Shown here in pieces: positions 1 to 8,234 of a stretch of 64,000 nt of DNA (within the stretch, counting starts at the first letter, position 1; each line of letters begins with the position of its first letter). The translations under genes were made by a program, and so were the position numbers. The stretch is from Sedimentisphaerales bacterium (lineage in GTDB: Bacteria > Planctomycetota > Phycisphaerae > Sedimentisphaerales > Anaerobacaceae): assembly GCA_040772485.1 (NCBI GenBank), contig JAXGYC010000008.1:128001-192000 (forward strand), given 5' to 3'. The notes under the pieces are model-generated. The model saw nothing but the letters and a program-made list of their open reading frames with translations, was not told the DNA's origin and ran no database searches.

Positions 1-61
1 ATGTCACGTTGCCGCTGCTCTGCACGGGTCTGTCCCCAGACGGTCGATCCATACGCCGCAC

Positions 62-1081
62 CTATTCGTCGTGCAGCACCCGGTAGCCCCACATCTCATC
101 CGCACGCTCGGCCATGTTCTCCTGGGTCAGCGCGAAGCCCGGGTCCTCCATCCATTTCTCCGGCGTCTTCTGCCCCGCCTCAATGGCCGTCAGCAACGCC
201 TCCATGATGGTGTTCGCCTCGAAGAAAAGATCCTGCACTCCCGTGGCGTCCACGTATCCTTCTTCCATCAGCCTGTAGGCCGTGCTGTCGCCGTCGAGCC
301 CTCCGAGGATGACGTGGCCCGGCTCGTCGATCTTCTTCCACTTGCCCAGCGGTTCGAGCACCGCCTTGATCTGCGGATACAGGAAGTCCGAACTGGTGAA
401 GAGGAAATCCACATCCGGATTGGCCTGCAACGCCGCTTCCAGGTTCGCCAGCGTGGTGGCCGGGTCCCATTTCGAGGGCACCTCGATCGGTGTTTCAAAC
501 AGGTCGGGATTCCTCTCCATCACGTTGAAGAAGCCTTTCCGCCGTGCCACGGCGTTGCGGTCGCCCAAGTCGCCGACCACGATCAGAGGCTTCCACTTGC
601 GTCCCTTGCCCTTCTCGCGGGCCACCTTGGCCATATACGCAACCGCCTCGTCGGCGATCTTCTCGTTGTCGGCCACGATCACCAGCGCCGGATTGCTGCG
701 GTCACTCGGTGGACGGTTGAACACCGCGATCGGAATCCCCGCCCGGTTCGCCTCGCCCACGATCGTCACCGCGCTTTCCCCATCCTGCGGAATGATAATG
801 ATCCCGTCCACCTCCTGGGCGATGGCGTCGCGAATCTGCTCGAGCTGGCGGTTGGCGTCCTGGTTGGCGTTGCGTTCAAGAACGCGAATGCCCTTGGCCC
901 GCAGCGTCTCGGTGATAGCCTTGTGCCCGGCGACCCAGAACTCGGTCTCCAAATCCTGGAAGCCGAAGCAGATCGTCAACTGGTCTTCGCTTGGGCTTCG
1001 CCGCGAGCAGGACAACCCCCCAACAACCACACTGAAAGCCCCCAACAATGCCACGATGAGAAGCAGCTTACTCATGTTCAT
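62..1081 (-). CDS. Sugar ABC transporter periplasmic substrate-binding protein (RbsB-like), likely lipoprotein
   Basis: Hydrophobic leader ending GLSC; Peripla_BP-type segments ANQDANRQLEQIRDAIAQEVDGIIIIP and GIPIAVFNR. Confidence 0.85.
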   Translation of the reverse strand: MNMSKLLLIVALLGAFSVVVGGLSCSRRSPSEDQLTICFGFQDLETEFWVAGHKAITETLRAKGIRVLERNANQDANRQLEQIRDAIAQEVDGIIIIPQDGESAVTIVGEANRAGIPIAVFNRPPSDRSNPALVIVADNEKIADEAVAYMAKVAREKGKGRKWKPLIVVGDLGDRNAVARRKGFFNVMERNPDLFETPIEVPSKWDPATTLANLEAALQANPDVDFLFTSSDFLYPQIKAVLEPLGKWKKIDEPGHVILGGLDGDSTAYRLMEEGYVDATGVQDLFFEANTIMEALLTAIEAGQKTPEKWMEDPGFALTQENMAERADEMWGYRVLHDE

Positions 1082-1112
1082 GGCCGCCCTTTCACAACCG
1101 GCAGGCAGACGT

Positions 1113-1144
1113 CTAACATATGTTCATGCATGAACGAATGAACA
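1113..1144. promoter_or_regulatory. Tandem palindromic operator candidates (TGAACATATGTTCA-like) for the adjacent SorC-family regulator
   Basis: CTAACATATGTTCA at 1113-1126 and TGAACGAATGAACA at 1131-1144; a third copy, CGAGCATATGTTCA, lies at 1394-1407. Confidence 0.6.
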
Positions 1145-1145
1145 C

Positions 1146-1174
1146 TTTCTACCGTCCGACCATCTCAATGTCAA
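1146..1174 (-). promoter_or_regulatory. sigma70-type promoter for the binding-protein gene
   Basis: Minus strand TTGACA-N17-TAGAAA, immediately upstream of the operator palindromes. Confidence 0.55.
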
Positions 1175-1393
1175 CCGCGATCTGGTCAGAAGCCTCGTCG
1201 AGCCTCCGTCCTGATAGCTGTCGTTCAGACGATCCACGACGGACTTGCCGACATCGCAGACGCGGCTCCACTTCGATAAACGCATGCCGGAACACAACTT
1301 ATTGCATGTCTTCAGCCTCAGACCCGGACTCTCCCGGCTTTGCCTCTTGACAGTCCGGGCAAGAGGGTAGAAACTTGATATTTTGACCATTAC

Positions 1394-1407
1394 CGAGCAT
1401 ATGTTCA
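1394..1407. promoter_or_regulatory. Operator copy upstream of the regulator RBS (possible autoregulation)
   Basis: CGAGCATATGTTCA abuts the AGGAG RBS. Confidence 0.55.
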
Positions 1408-1416
1408 AAGGAGAAC

Positions 1417-2376
1417 ATGACCACGGATACTGATTTCAGAAGACTCCTGTACAGGGTCGCGAAAGCATATCATGACGACGGCCTGACGCAGCAGCAGATT
1501 GCGGCTAAGCTGGGCCTGTCTCGGATCAAGGTGTCGCGACTGCTTCGCACCGCTCGCGATGAACGAATTGTGCAGATTTCCATTGTTTCCCCGCAGGAAT
1601 CGAACGCCGACGTCGAGCGTCAGCTCGAGCGACAATACGGCCTGAAAGAGGCCCTGGTCGTAACCTGCACGGCGAACGATCCGGCTACGATCGTCCACGA
1701 ACTGGGCGTCGTCGCAGCAGGCTGTCTGACTCGCGGCCTTCAAGGCGACGAGGTGATCGCCCTGAGCTGGGGGACGTCCGTCCTTTCCGTGGTCAACGCG
1801 CTGGCCCCCATGGATCTGCCCGACGTTCGCGTGGTTCAGCTACTGGGCGGCTTGGGCGAGCTGGAGGCCCAAACGCATGGAGCGGACCTGGCGCGCCGGA
1901 TGGCACAGGCCCTGGGGGCCAGGCCCCGCCTGATCCACGCCCCGGGCCTGGTCAAAGACGAGATTGTCTGCGCAGCCCTTGTCAAAGACCCCCAGGTGTC
2001 CGACACGCTCGAGCTGGCCGGACAAGCGGACATCGCCCTGGTCGGTATCGGCGTCCTCGAACCGGATGCAACGCTGCTGTCCAGCAGCAATACACTGACC
2101 GCCGAAGAGGTGACCGACCTGAAACGGCTCGGCGCGGTGGGCGACATCGCACTGCAATTCTTCGACGAACGAGGCGCCAAAGTCGAGCACCCGATCAATC
2201 GCCGGATTGTGGGAGCTGACATCGAAAAGATCAAGGCAATTGGACGCGTCATTGCGGTGGCCGGTGGGGCGAAGAAGGTCCGAGTGATCCGGGCGGCGCT
2301 TCTCGGCGGACTGGTTGACGTGCTGGTAACCGACTGCTGGTCAGCCGAGGCGCTTCTGGCGGTGTCAGGATCGTGA
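1417..2376 (+). CDS. SorC/DeoR(LsrR)-family sugar-binding transcriptional regulator
   Basis: N-terminal HTH YHDDGLTQQQIAAKLGLSRIKVSRLL; sugar-binding domain with SWGTS, GAVGDI, VAGGAKK and LVTD. Confidence 0.92.
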   Translation: MTTDTDFRRLLYRVAKAYHDDGLTQQQIAAKLGLSRIKVSRLLRTARDERIVQISIVSPQESNADVERQLERQYGLKEALVVTCTANDPATIVHELGVVAAGCLTRGLQGDEVIALSWGTSVLSVVNALAPMDLPDVRVVQLLGGLGELEAQTHGADLARRMAQALGARPRLIHAPGLVKDEIVCAALVKDPQVSDTLELAGQADIALVGIGVLEPDATLLSSSNTLTAEEVTDLKRLGAVGDIALQFFDERGAKVEHPINRRIVGADIEKIKAIGRVIAVAGGAKKVRVIRAALLGGLVDVLVTDCWSAEALLAVSGS

Positions 2377-2533
2377 ATCAACACACGGGTCTTCCGTCCG
2401 AACGGAATGTTCTATGACTTCCTGTGACAGACAGCCTGTGGACTGAAGCCGGAATCCCCCATCCAGCGTCTCTCTCGTGCCCCGCCGAAAAACCGGCAGC
2501 CGCAAGTGATGGCCGGCAAGAAACCTACAGCAA

Positions 2534-2606
<73 letters not shown>

Positions 2607-2753
2607 GAGGGCGATACCCTAAGCCTTCAGTGTATCACATCCATTGGCCCATGCAAGGTTTTTTGTGGCCCCTCTACCACTTTCCTGCGAAACAAGGTCT
2701 CGCGGCTCGGGTTCTGCGGTCTGCGACCCACCCCGGAATCAGGGCAGAACCCG

Positions 2754-3233
2754 TCAATCCGCGGCGTCGGCCTTGGGCGTGAAGAAGACCAGCGAGACCA
2801 GCACCAGTCCGGCTCCGGCCAGGAACAGGGCAATCCGATGCCTCGGCTCGCTACACCGCTGGAGCCACTTTGGAATGGTGGCGTCGCTCGGCCCCTGTCC
2901 GGTCTCGTCCATCAGCGCCCGGCGCGCCACGGCCAGTTCCTGCGCCCTCGCTTTTGGATAGACGGCGTTGGGATCCTCCGGCGGCGTGCCCAAGGTGGCC
3001 GGAGCGATCCGCTTCAGCAGGCTCGGATCGTCCTGAAGCTCCTTGAGCAGTGCATCGTACTCGTCGTTGAGCGATCGGAGGCGATCCAGCGAGAGGTGAG
3101 CATCCCTGACAAGCTGTTCGTTTCGCCAGTAGAGAATCAGGTCGTCGCACAGGGCCGCTCCTCCAAGTGCACCAGCACCGACGCTGAAGAAGGCCACAAA
3201 GAGCAGGAAGTGGACGATCTTTTGACTCTGCAT
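2754..3233 (-). CDS. FtsB/DivIC (septum formation initiator)-like membrane protein with an extra C-terminal TM helix
   Basis: N-terminal TM, coiled coil, then LQDDPSLLKRIAPATLG, resembling the DivIC L-x-D-P-x-x-x-E-x-x-A-R-x-x-LG motif; second hydrophobic helix at the C-terminus. Confidence 0.55.
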   Translation of the reverse strand: MQSQKIVHFLLFVAFFSVGAGALGGAALCDDLILYWRNEQLVRDAHLSLDRLRSLNDEYDALLKELQDDPSLLKRIAPATLGTPPEDPNAVYPKARAQELAVARRALMDETGQGPSDATIPKWLQRCSEPRHRIALFLAGAGLVLVSLVFFTPKADAAD

Positions 3234-3362
3234 AGGCCGCAGTCAAAGTTACGGCAGGCGTGGTCCGTCTCCATGTCGCGGAGAGACCCACACCTGCCGA
3301 TCTTGTCTCTGAATCCACCGTTCAGCCGGACCTTCACGTTGAGGTGCCCGGTCTTACTGGGT

Positions 3363-3390
3363 TTATCGGCTACGCGTCCGGCCCCGCTGA
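3363..3390 (-). promoter_or_regulatory. Putative sigma28 (FliA/SigD/WhiG)-type promoter
   Basis: Minus strand TCAG-N16-GCCGATAA (perfect -10) in the intergenic region upstream of 2754-3233. Confidence 0.5.
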
Positions 3391-3427
3391 AATCTTTCGT
3401 CGGGCCGGACGCGTCGCCGTTCTGCGT

Positions 3428-6145
3428 CTATACCGGGTAAACGGGCAACTGCGCTCGCAGCAGTTCGTAGACGGTCTTGCCGCTCTTGACGCACTCGCCC
3501 GCCGTCTGCCGGTACTGCGTGGTCAACTGGTCGAAGTCCAACTTCTTGAGCTCGGCCGGATTCTTCTTGCCGCCGTTGGCAGCGATGAACTTCGCCATGG
3601 TGTCGCTGGCAATATCCCGCGTGAGCTGCCACAGTTCACGACCATCCGCTGCCGCCACCGCCCGGCCCAGAGCCAGCGACATCGACAGGATGGCGTTCAT
3701 GCCCAGCACGCCTTTGCGCTGCATGGCGTGGATCTTCTCCTCTTTCGAGGCGCTCTTGCTGATGCGCCCGGCAGCAACCGCCTGTTCCAGCTCTAGAGCG
3801 AGGAGCTGGCGGTCGGTGTCGAGCAGCGAGCCCAACGAGCCGACGCGCTTGCCGACGAAAGCCTTGGCGAGCACGGTCTCGATGTGCTGGACGGCGTCCA
3901 TGCAGCCCTTGCCTTCATACCGTCGGGACTTCCTCCAGAGGGCCAGAAGCTTCTCATCGTTCTTGGCCCGGACCGCATCGGACTTGACGTCCTTCTTGAA
4001 CCGGAAAGTCCCGTCGCCGGCGTCCTTGAACAGGTCGGGGTACTTCTTGGTGCTCTCGCACGGCTCGATAATGCTGTCCACATAGTGGATGGCTTCGTCC
4101 TCGCCGGCGGAAGTGCCCAGAGGCGTCGAACCCTTGAACCGAATGATGCCGCTCTTGCCGAGGAAGAGCGTGGCGGCTGCCGAGGGGATACCGGCGTTGG
4201 TCGCCTCTTCGGTGCCGCTGACCGCCTCGATCGCCAGCATCTTCATCAGAAGGCTGGTCAGATCGATATCGGCCGCCTTCGGGGAAAGCGTGACGTCGTC
4301 GCGTCCGGTAAACGTCTTCACCAGGTCCTTGACGCTTGCCTCGAGCTCTTTGCGCTCCTCGGCCGTGGTCTGGCGCTGTGTGGCGCGGGCCAGGGCGAGG
4401 ATTTCCATCATGCGGCCGTACTTCTGGAGGCGTTCGGTATTGGCGCCGCCGCCGCACTTGACACCCAGCGCATTCATCGCCGCGCCGATCTCCGCCTCAA
4501 ACGGATCGTTCGGGCTCTTGGACCGGTGCGAGATCACCAGTTCGGCGCCGTAGGCCAGCGAGGTCAGCATGGCCAGCACGGTCTCGGTCAGGGTACCGAT
4601 CTGGTTGGCCTTGATCAGCGAAGCGTTGATTTCGCCGTTCTTGGCGCACTTCTCGATGTTCGAGTCCTTGGTGGTCACCAGGTCGTCGCCGATGATGAAG
4701 ATCTTGTCGCCAAGCTCTTTCATCATGTTCTTCCAGCCCTGATGGTCGCGTTCGCCGAAGCCGTCTTCGATGGACAGAACCGGGATGCCCGCCTGCATCG
4801 CCTCTTTGAAGAGGTTGAGGATGTCGTCCCGGCTCATCTCGACCTTGTCCTTGTCGCGCCAGAAGCGGTACATGCCGACGGAGTCAGGCTCGCCTCGCTC
4901 CTCACGATAGGCGTTCTCGAGTTCGGAGCAGGCCGGGTCGAGGGCGATGGCGACATCGACACCCGGGACGTACTCGCAGTCCAGAATGGCCTGCTTCATG
5001 AACCGCCACATCCTCTGCTCGGGCACCCTGTCGCCCTGCTCTTTGTCGATGTAGGGCGCGATGCCGCCTTCCAGACCGACACCCATCACCTTGGCGCCGG
5101 GGGCCGCCTCGATGATCTCCTTGAGGCGGGACTGGAGTTTCACGGTCATTTCCTGGGCGTCTTCATAGGTCTTCGGCGAAAGCGGCATGAACATGCTTTC
5201 CTGCATGGAGATGTTGCTTTCGGGATACTCCTTCTCGGTGTGCCGACCACCCATGGCGCAGTTGCGGAACTGCCAGGGAGCCGCGACGCGGCTGCCGTCC
5301 TTCAAGGTGACGGACTGCATACGCGTGGTCAGCAGCTTCTGCTTGACCGTGGCGACCTGCACCGGCCAGCTCTCCTTCGAGGCGGCAGCGGCGGCGCGAG
5401 CGGCCTGCTCGGCGGCAACCTTCTCGCGGGTGCGGAATTCCTTGAGCTTGCCCGGGTCGGCCAGGAATCTGTCGAGCAGACCAACCACACCGGGGGCCAG
5501 GAAGAACCGCCCGATATAGATCATCCAATCCTGCTCTGCCCACAATCCCACGATGATGAAGAAGGCGGCGATTGGCAGGAAGATGGTGGCTAACCACTGG
5601 CTCCAGACCGGTGCCGCGGCGGACACGGCCAGGTTGTACGGCGCATCGGGAGCGAAGTTGCCGTTCTCTTTCCGAACGCCATAGAACTTGCCCCACGGGA
5701 TCAGAAGGAACATCTGGGCGTAATAGCCGAACTTGCTGCCGCTCGCGAGGGCGGCATCGGCCTTTTCCTGCGAATCCTTGTTCAGGGCCGTCAGCTTGGC
5801 GGCGGTCAGGAAATGGCCCATTTCATGGATCGCGATGGCGATGTGCCACGAGAGATAGAGAATCGCAAGAGAGATCCACAGTTCCATGTGCGCCGGGGAG
5901 AACATGAAGTTCAGCACCACGTATTTGATGTTCTCGCCCGCAGCGGCTCGCGTACTGAGTTCCGCAGCCGGAAGGCTCAGAACCGACGAAATGAAGGCGG
6001 CGTGGAACGACACCAGCTTGTGGTTGGCGATGACCCAGCCACGCTCCAGGTAACCGGCGGGATTTACCTGGACGCCCGGCGTCTCCGTTGCGCGTCCGCG
6101 CCTGCTGCTGCCCAGTTTCGCTGTCAGTTTTCTCAATTCGACCAT
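3428..6145 (-). CDS. Membrane M50/HExxH-like domain fused to a circularly permuted enolase
   Basis: aa ~40-230 has several TMs and IAIHEMGH. aa ~289-583 is the enolase barrel (GGRH, QES, LEGG, LDPACSE, SIEDG, GDDL, IKANQIG, SHRS, VKCG, ERLQKY). aa ~637-842 is the enolase capping domain (NAGIPS, PLGTSAG..EA, RYEGKGC..AV, LGMNAILSMSLA..RA). Confidence 0.88.
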   Translation of the reverse strand: MVELRKLTAKLGSSRRGRATETPGVQVNPAGYLERGWVIANHKLVSFHAAFISSVLSLPAAELSTRAAAGENIKYVVLNFMFSPAHMELWISLAILYLSWHIAIAIHEMGHFLTAAKLTALNKDSQEKADAALASGSKFGYYAQMFLLIPWGKFYGVRKENGNFAPDAPYNLAVSAAAPVWSQWLATIFLPIAAFFIIVGLWAEQDWMIYIGRFFLAPGVVGLLDRFLADPGKLKEFRTREKVAAEQAARAAAAASKESWPVQVATVKQKLLTTRMQSVTLKDGSRVAAPWQFRNCAMGGRHTEKEYPESNISMQESMFMPLSPKTYEDAQEMTVKLQSRLKEIIEAAPGAKVMGVGLEGGIAPYIDKEQGDRVPEQRMWRFMKQAILDCEYVPGVDVAIALDPACSELENAYREERGEPDSVGMYRFWRDKDKVEMSRDDILNLFKEAMQAGIPVLSIEDGFGERDHQGWKNMMKELGDKIFIIGDDLVTTKDSNIEKCAKNGEINASLIKANQIGTLTETVLAMLTSLAYGAELVISHRSKSPNDPFEAEIGAAMNALGVKCGGGANTERLQKYGRMMEILALARATQRQTTAEERKELEASVKDLVKTFTGRDDVTLSPKAADIDLTSLLMKMLAIEAVSGTEEATNAGIPSAAATLFLGKSGIIRFKGSTPLGTSAGEDEAIHYVDSIIEPCESTKKYPDLFKDAGDGTFRFKKDVKSDAVRAKNDEKLLALWRKSRRYEGKGCMDAVQHIETVLAKAFVGKRVGSLGSLLDTDRQLLALELEQAVAAGRISKSASKEEKIHAMQRKGVLGMNAILSMSLALGRAVAAADGRELWQLTRDIASDTMAKFIAANGGKKNPAELKKLDFDQLTTQYRQTAGECVKSGKTVYELLRAQLPVYPV

Positions 6146-6450
6146 TTCGTTGCTTCTCCTTTTCCGTTATCTCTTCATCGAGACCTGCCGGCTTGCCGCC
6201 GAGAAGGCTCATGGGCTCTCTTCGCCGGGTTTTCTACCAGAGTCCGCCAGATCGGCGCGGTCACTGTCCGTACTTCTCCCGGCCTTGGGAAATGCAAGAA
6301 AATACAATCTCCGCCGCAGACCGTCAAGGATAGATTCCACAACTTTTGTCTCATATTGAGGGCGCTTGACGCCCCCGGACCGGCCGCAGCGGTCGTTTTG
6401 AAAATAATCCGCACAAATCCGTAACAACGCGGCCCCGGTTGCGTCCTTAG

Positions 6451-6473
6451 TGGTAGAGGCGCCGGGGATCGAA
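6451..6473 (-). other. Isolated 3' fragment of a tmRNA/tRNA-like sequence (possible att-site remnant)
   Basis: Minus strand TTCGATC-CCCGG-CGCCTCT-ACCA gives a T-loop, 3' T-stem, acceptor strand and ACCA; the matching 5' T-stem is absent. Confidence 0.5.
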
Positions 6474-6603
6474 GTGAGGGCTCCGGTCCCTGTACCGCAG
6501 AGCGCCCGGCCAGATAGGACCGCCCGACGGACTATCTGCCCGCACACGTCTCTATGTTGTTTCTTGGGACAGGGCCGATTGGGCGGAGGATCGGCCTTTT
6601 CTA

Positions 6604-6632
6604 TTGCCCGCGCTACCGGCCGGGTCTATCAT
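6604..6632 (+). promoter_or_regulatory. sigma70 promoter giving a near-leaderless psd transcript
   Basis: TTGCCC-N17-TATCAT, 8 nt before ATG 6641; no Shine-Dalgarno. Confidence 0.5.
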
Positions 6633-6640
6633 ATCCGGCT

Positions 6641-7327
6641 ATGAGGATACCATTGACCAGGTATGGATGGCCCCAGGTGGTCGTCTACCCCGTTCTCGTC
6701 GTCGCGGCCATGCTGGCAGTCGCCCTGGGAGGGTCGGCGCATACCCCTTTGTGGGCTGTTGTCGTGACGGAGGCCATCCTGGCGGTCGTCCTGGTTTGGG
6801 CATTGATGTTCTTCCGGGATCCTCGACGAAACGCACCGCAGGATGAAACGCTGCTCATCGCTCCGGCTGACGGCAGGGTGACCGATATCGAGCAGACGCA
6901 ACAGAACGACTTCCTCGAAGGGCCGGCTCTGCGGATCGGCATCTTCCTGAGCATCTTCAACGTGCACATCAACCGATCCCCGTGCAGCGCCAGGGTCGAG
7001 ACAATTGCCTATCGCAAAGGCAGTTACCTCAACGCCATGAACCCTTTGTCGGCCAAGGTCAACGAGTCGAACACGCTGACCCTGGTGCGGACTGAGGAAC
7101 CCAGGGACCGTCTGGTAGTGCGGCAGGTCAGCGGAGCTATCGCCAGACGCATCGTCTGCGAAGCGAAGGAAGGCGGCAGCTTGAGCCAGGGCCAGGCGTT
7201 CGGCATGATCAAATTCGGTTCTCGAACCGAACTCTATGTGCCCGCGAGCGTGCCAATCGAGTGTCTGGTCTGCATCGGGGATGCCGTCAAGGCAGGCGTT
7301 ACTCCTCTATTGAGGTATGGAAAGTGA
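6641..7327 (+). CDS. psd: Phosphatidylserine decarboxylase proenzyme
   Basis: FFRDP, APADG, IFLSIFNVHINRSP and the KFGSR autocleavage motif. Confidence 0.95.
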   Translation: MRIPLTRYGWPQVVVYPVLVVAAMLAVALGGSAHTPLWAVVVTEAILAVVLVWALMFFRDPRRNAPQDETLLIAPADGRVTDIEQTQQNDFLEGPALRIGIFLSIFNVHINRSPCSARVETIAYRKGSYLNAMNPLSAKVNESNTLTLVRTEEPRDRLVVRQVSGAIARRIVCEAKEGGSLSQGQAFGMIKFGSRTELYVPASVPIECLVCIGDAVKAGVTPLLRYGK

Positions 7328-8229
7328 GACGACTCAGATCGAGACCGAAACGAGACAAAGGCCGGTTCCTGAGGCGGATGCGCAGCCAGCGGGTCAAGTA
7401 CATCACCATACTGCCCTCGCTGATCACCATACTGAACGGCGTCTTCGGGTTTACCGCAATCGTTTTCGCGAGCCGAGGAGCGGAAGGAGGCACGGCAGGC
7501 TCCTCGTATTTCGCGATGGCTGGCTATATGATCCTGCTGGCGATGTTTGCCGACATGCTCGATGGTCGTCTGGCCCGGATGAGCCAGTCCACCTCCAGCT
7601 TTGGCGGCCAACTGGACAGTCTTTGTGACATGGTCAGCTTCGGCGTGGCGCCGGCCTTCATCATGCTCAAGGCCATCCAGGTCCACCAGGAGCTGACGAC
7701 CCCGTTGGGGGGGGGCCTTTTTCATCGCTTCATCTGGCTGGCGGCCCTGGCGTACATCAGTTGCGCAGCCATCCGTCTGGCCCGTTTCAACGTGGAAAAC
7801 GAAGAGAACGAAGCGGCGCATATGAGCTTTGCGGGCCTTCCAAGCCCAGGGGCGGCCGGGACGATTGTCAGCTTGGTCATCTTTCACCAGGAGGTGATGC
7901 CTACCCTCAATGCGGCGATCTTTGCGCTGCCGTTCCTGACACTCGGGGTTGCCGTTCTCATGGTCAGTCGCATCCGATACCCGCACGTGTTGAACCTCTA
8001 TCTCAGGGGCAAGCAGCCGTTCGGCTATCTGATGAGGGTGCTGCTGTTTCTGGGCATCGTGCTGTGGTTGGGCATGCAGACGGCCCTGCTGCTAATCTTC
8101 CTGGTCTTTGCGGGCAGCGGACTGGCCCGATGGCTTTACCTCCAGGCGCACCCGGGCAGGCATCATCTCGTCGATGTCGCTACAGGCGTGACCGCTCCGT
8201 CCTCAGGCCACTCCGAAGTGCGCGGGTAG
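7324..8229 (+). CDS. pssA: CDP-diacylglycerol--serine O-phosphatidyltransferase
   Basis: DMLDGRLAR..SSFGGQLDSLCDMVSFGVAP, RLARFN and FAGLPSP; GTGA overlap with the psd stop. Confidence 0.93.
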   Translation: MRRLRSRPKRDKGRFLRRMRSQRVKYITILPSLITILNGVFGFTAIVFASRGAEGGTAGSSYFAMAGYMILLAMFADMLDGRLARMSQSTSSFGGQLDSLCDMVSFGVAPAFIMLKAIQVHQELTTPLGGGLFHRFIWLAALAYISCAAIRLARFNVENEENEAAHMSFAGLPSPGAAGTIVSLVIFHQEVMPTLNAAIFALPFLTLGVAVLMVSRIRYPHVLNLYLRGKQPFGYLMRVLLFLGIVLWLGMQTALLLIFLVFAGSGLARWLYLQAHPGRHHLVDVATGVTAPSSGHSEVRG

Positions 8230-8234
8230 TGCCG

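Noticed and set aside
6451..6810. Full-length tmRNA gene
   Set aside because: The 5' T-stem is missing, and the expected body would lie antisense within psd.
7707..7715. G9 homopolymer in pssA as a phase-variation site
   Set aside because: It is in frame (Leu-Gly-Gly-Gly) in a housekeeping gene of a GC-rich genome, with no evidence of variation.
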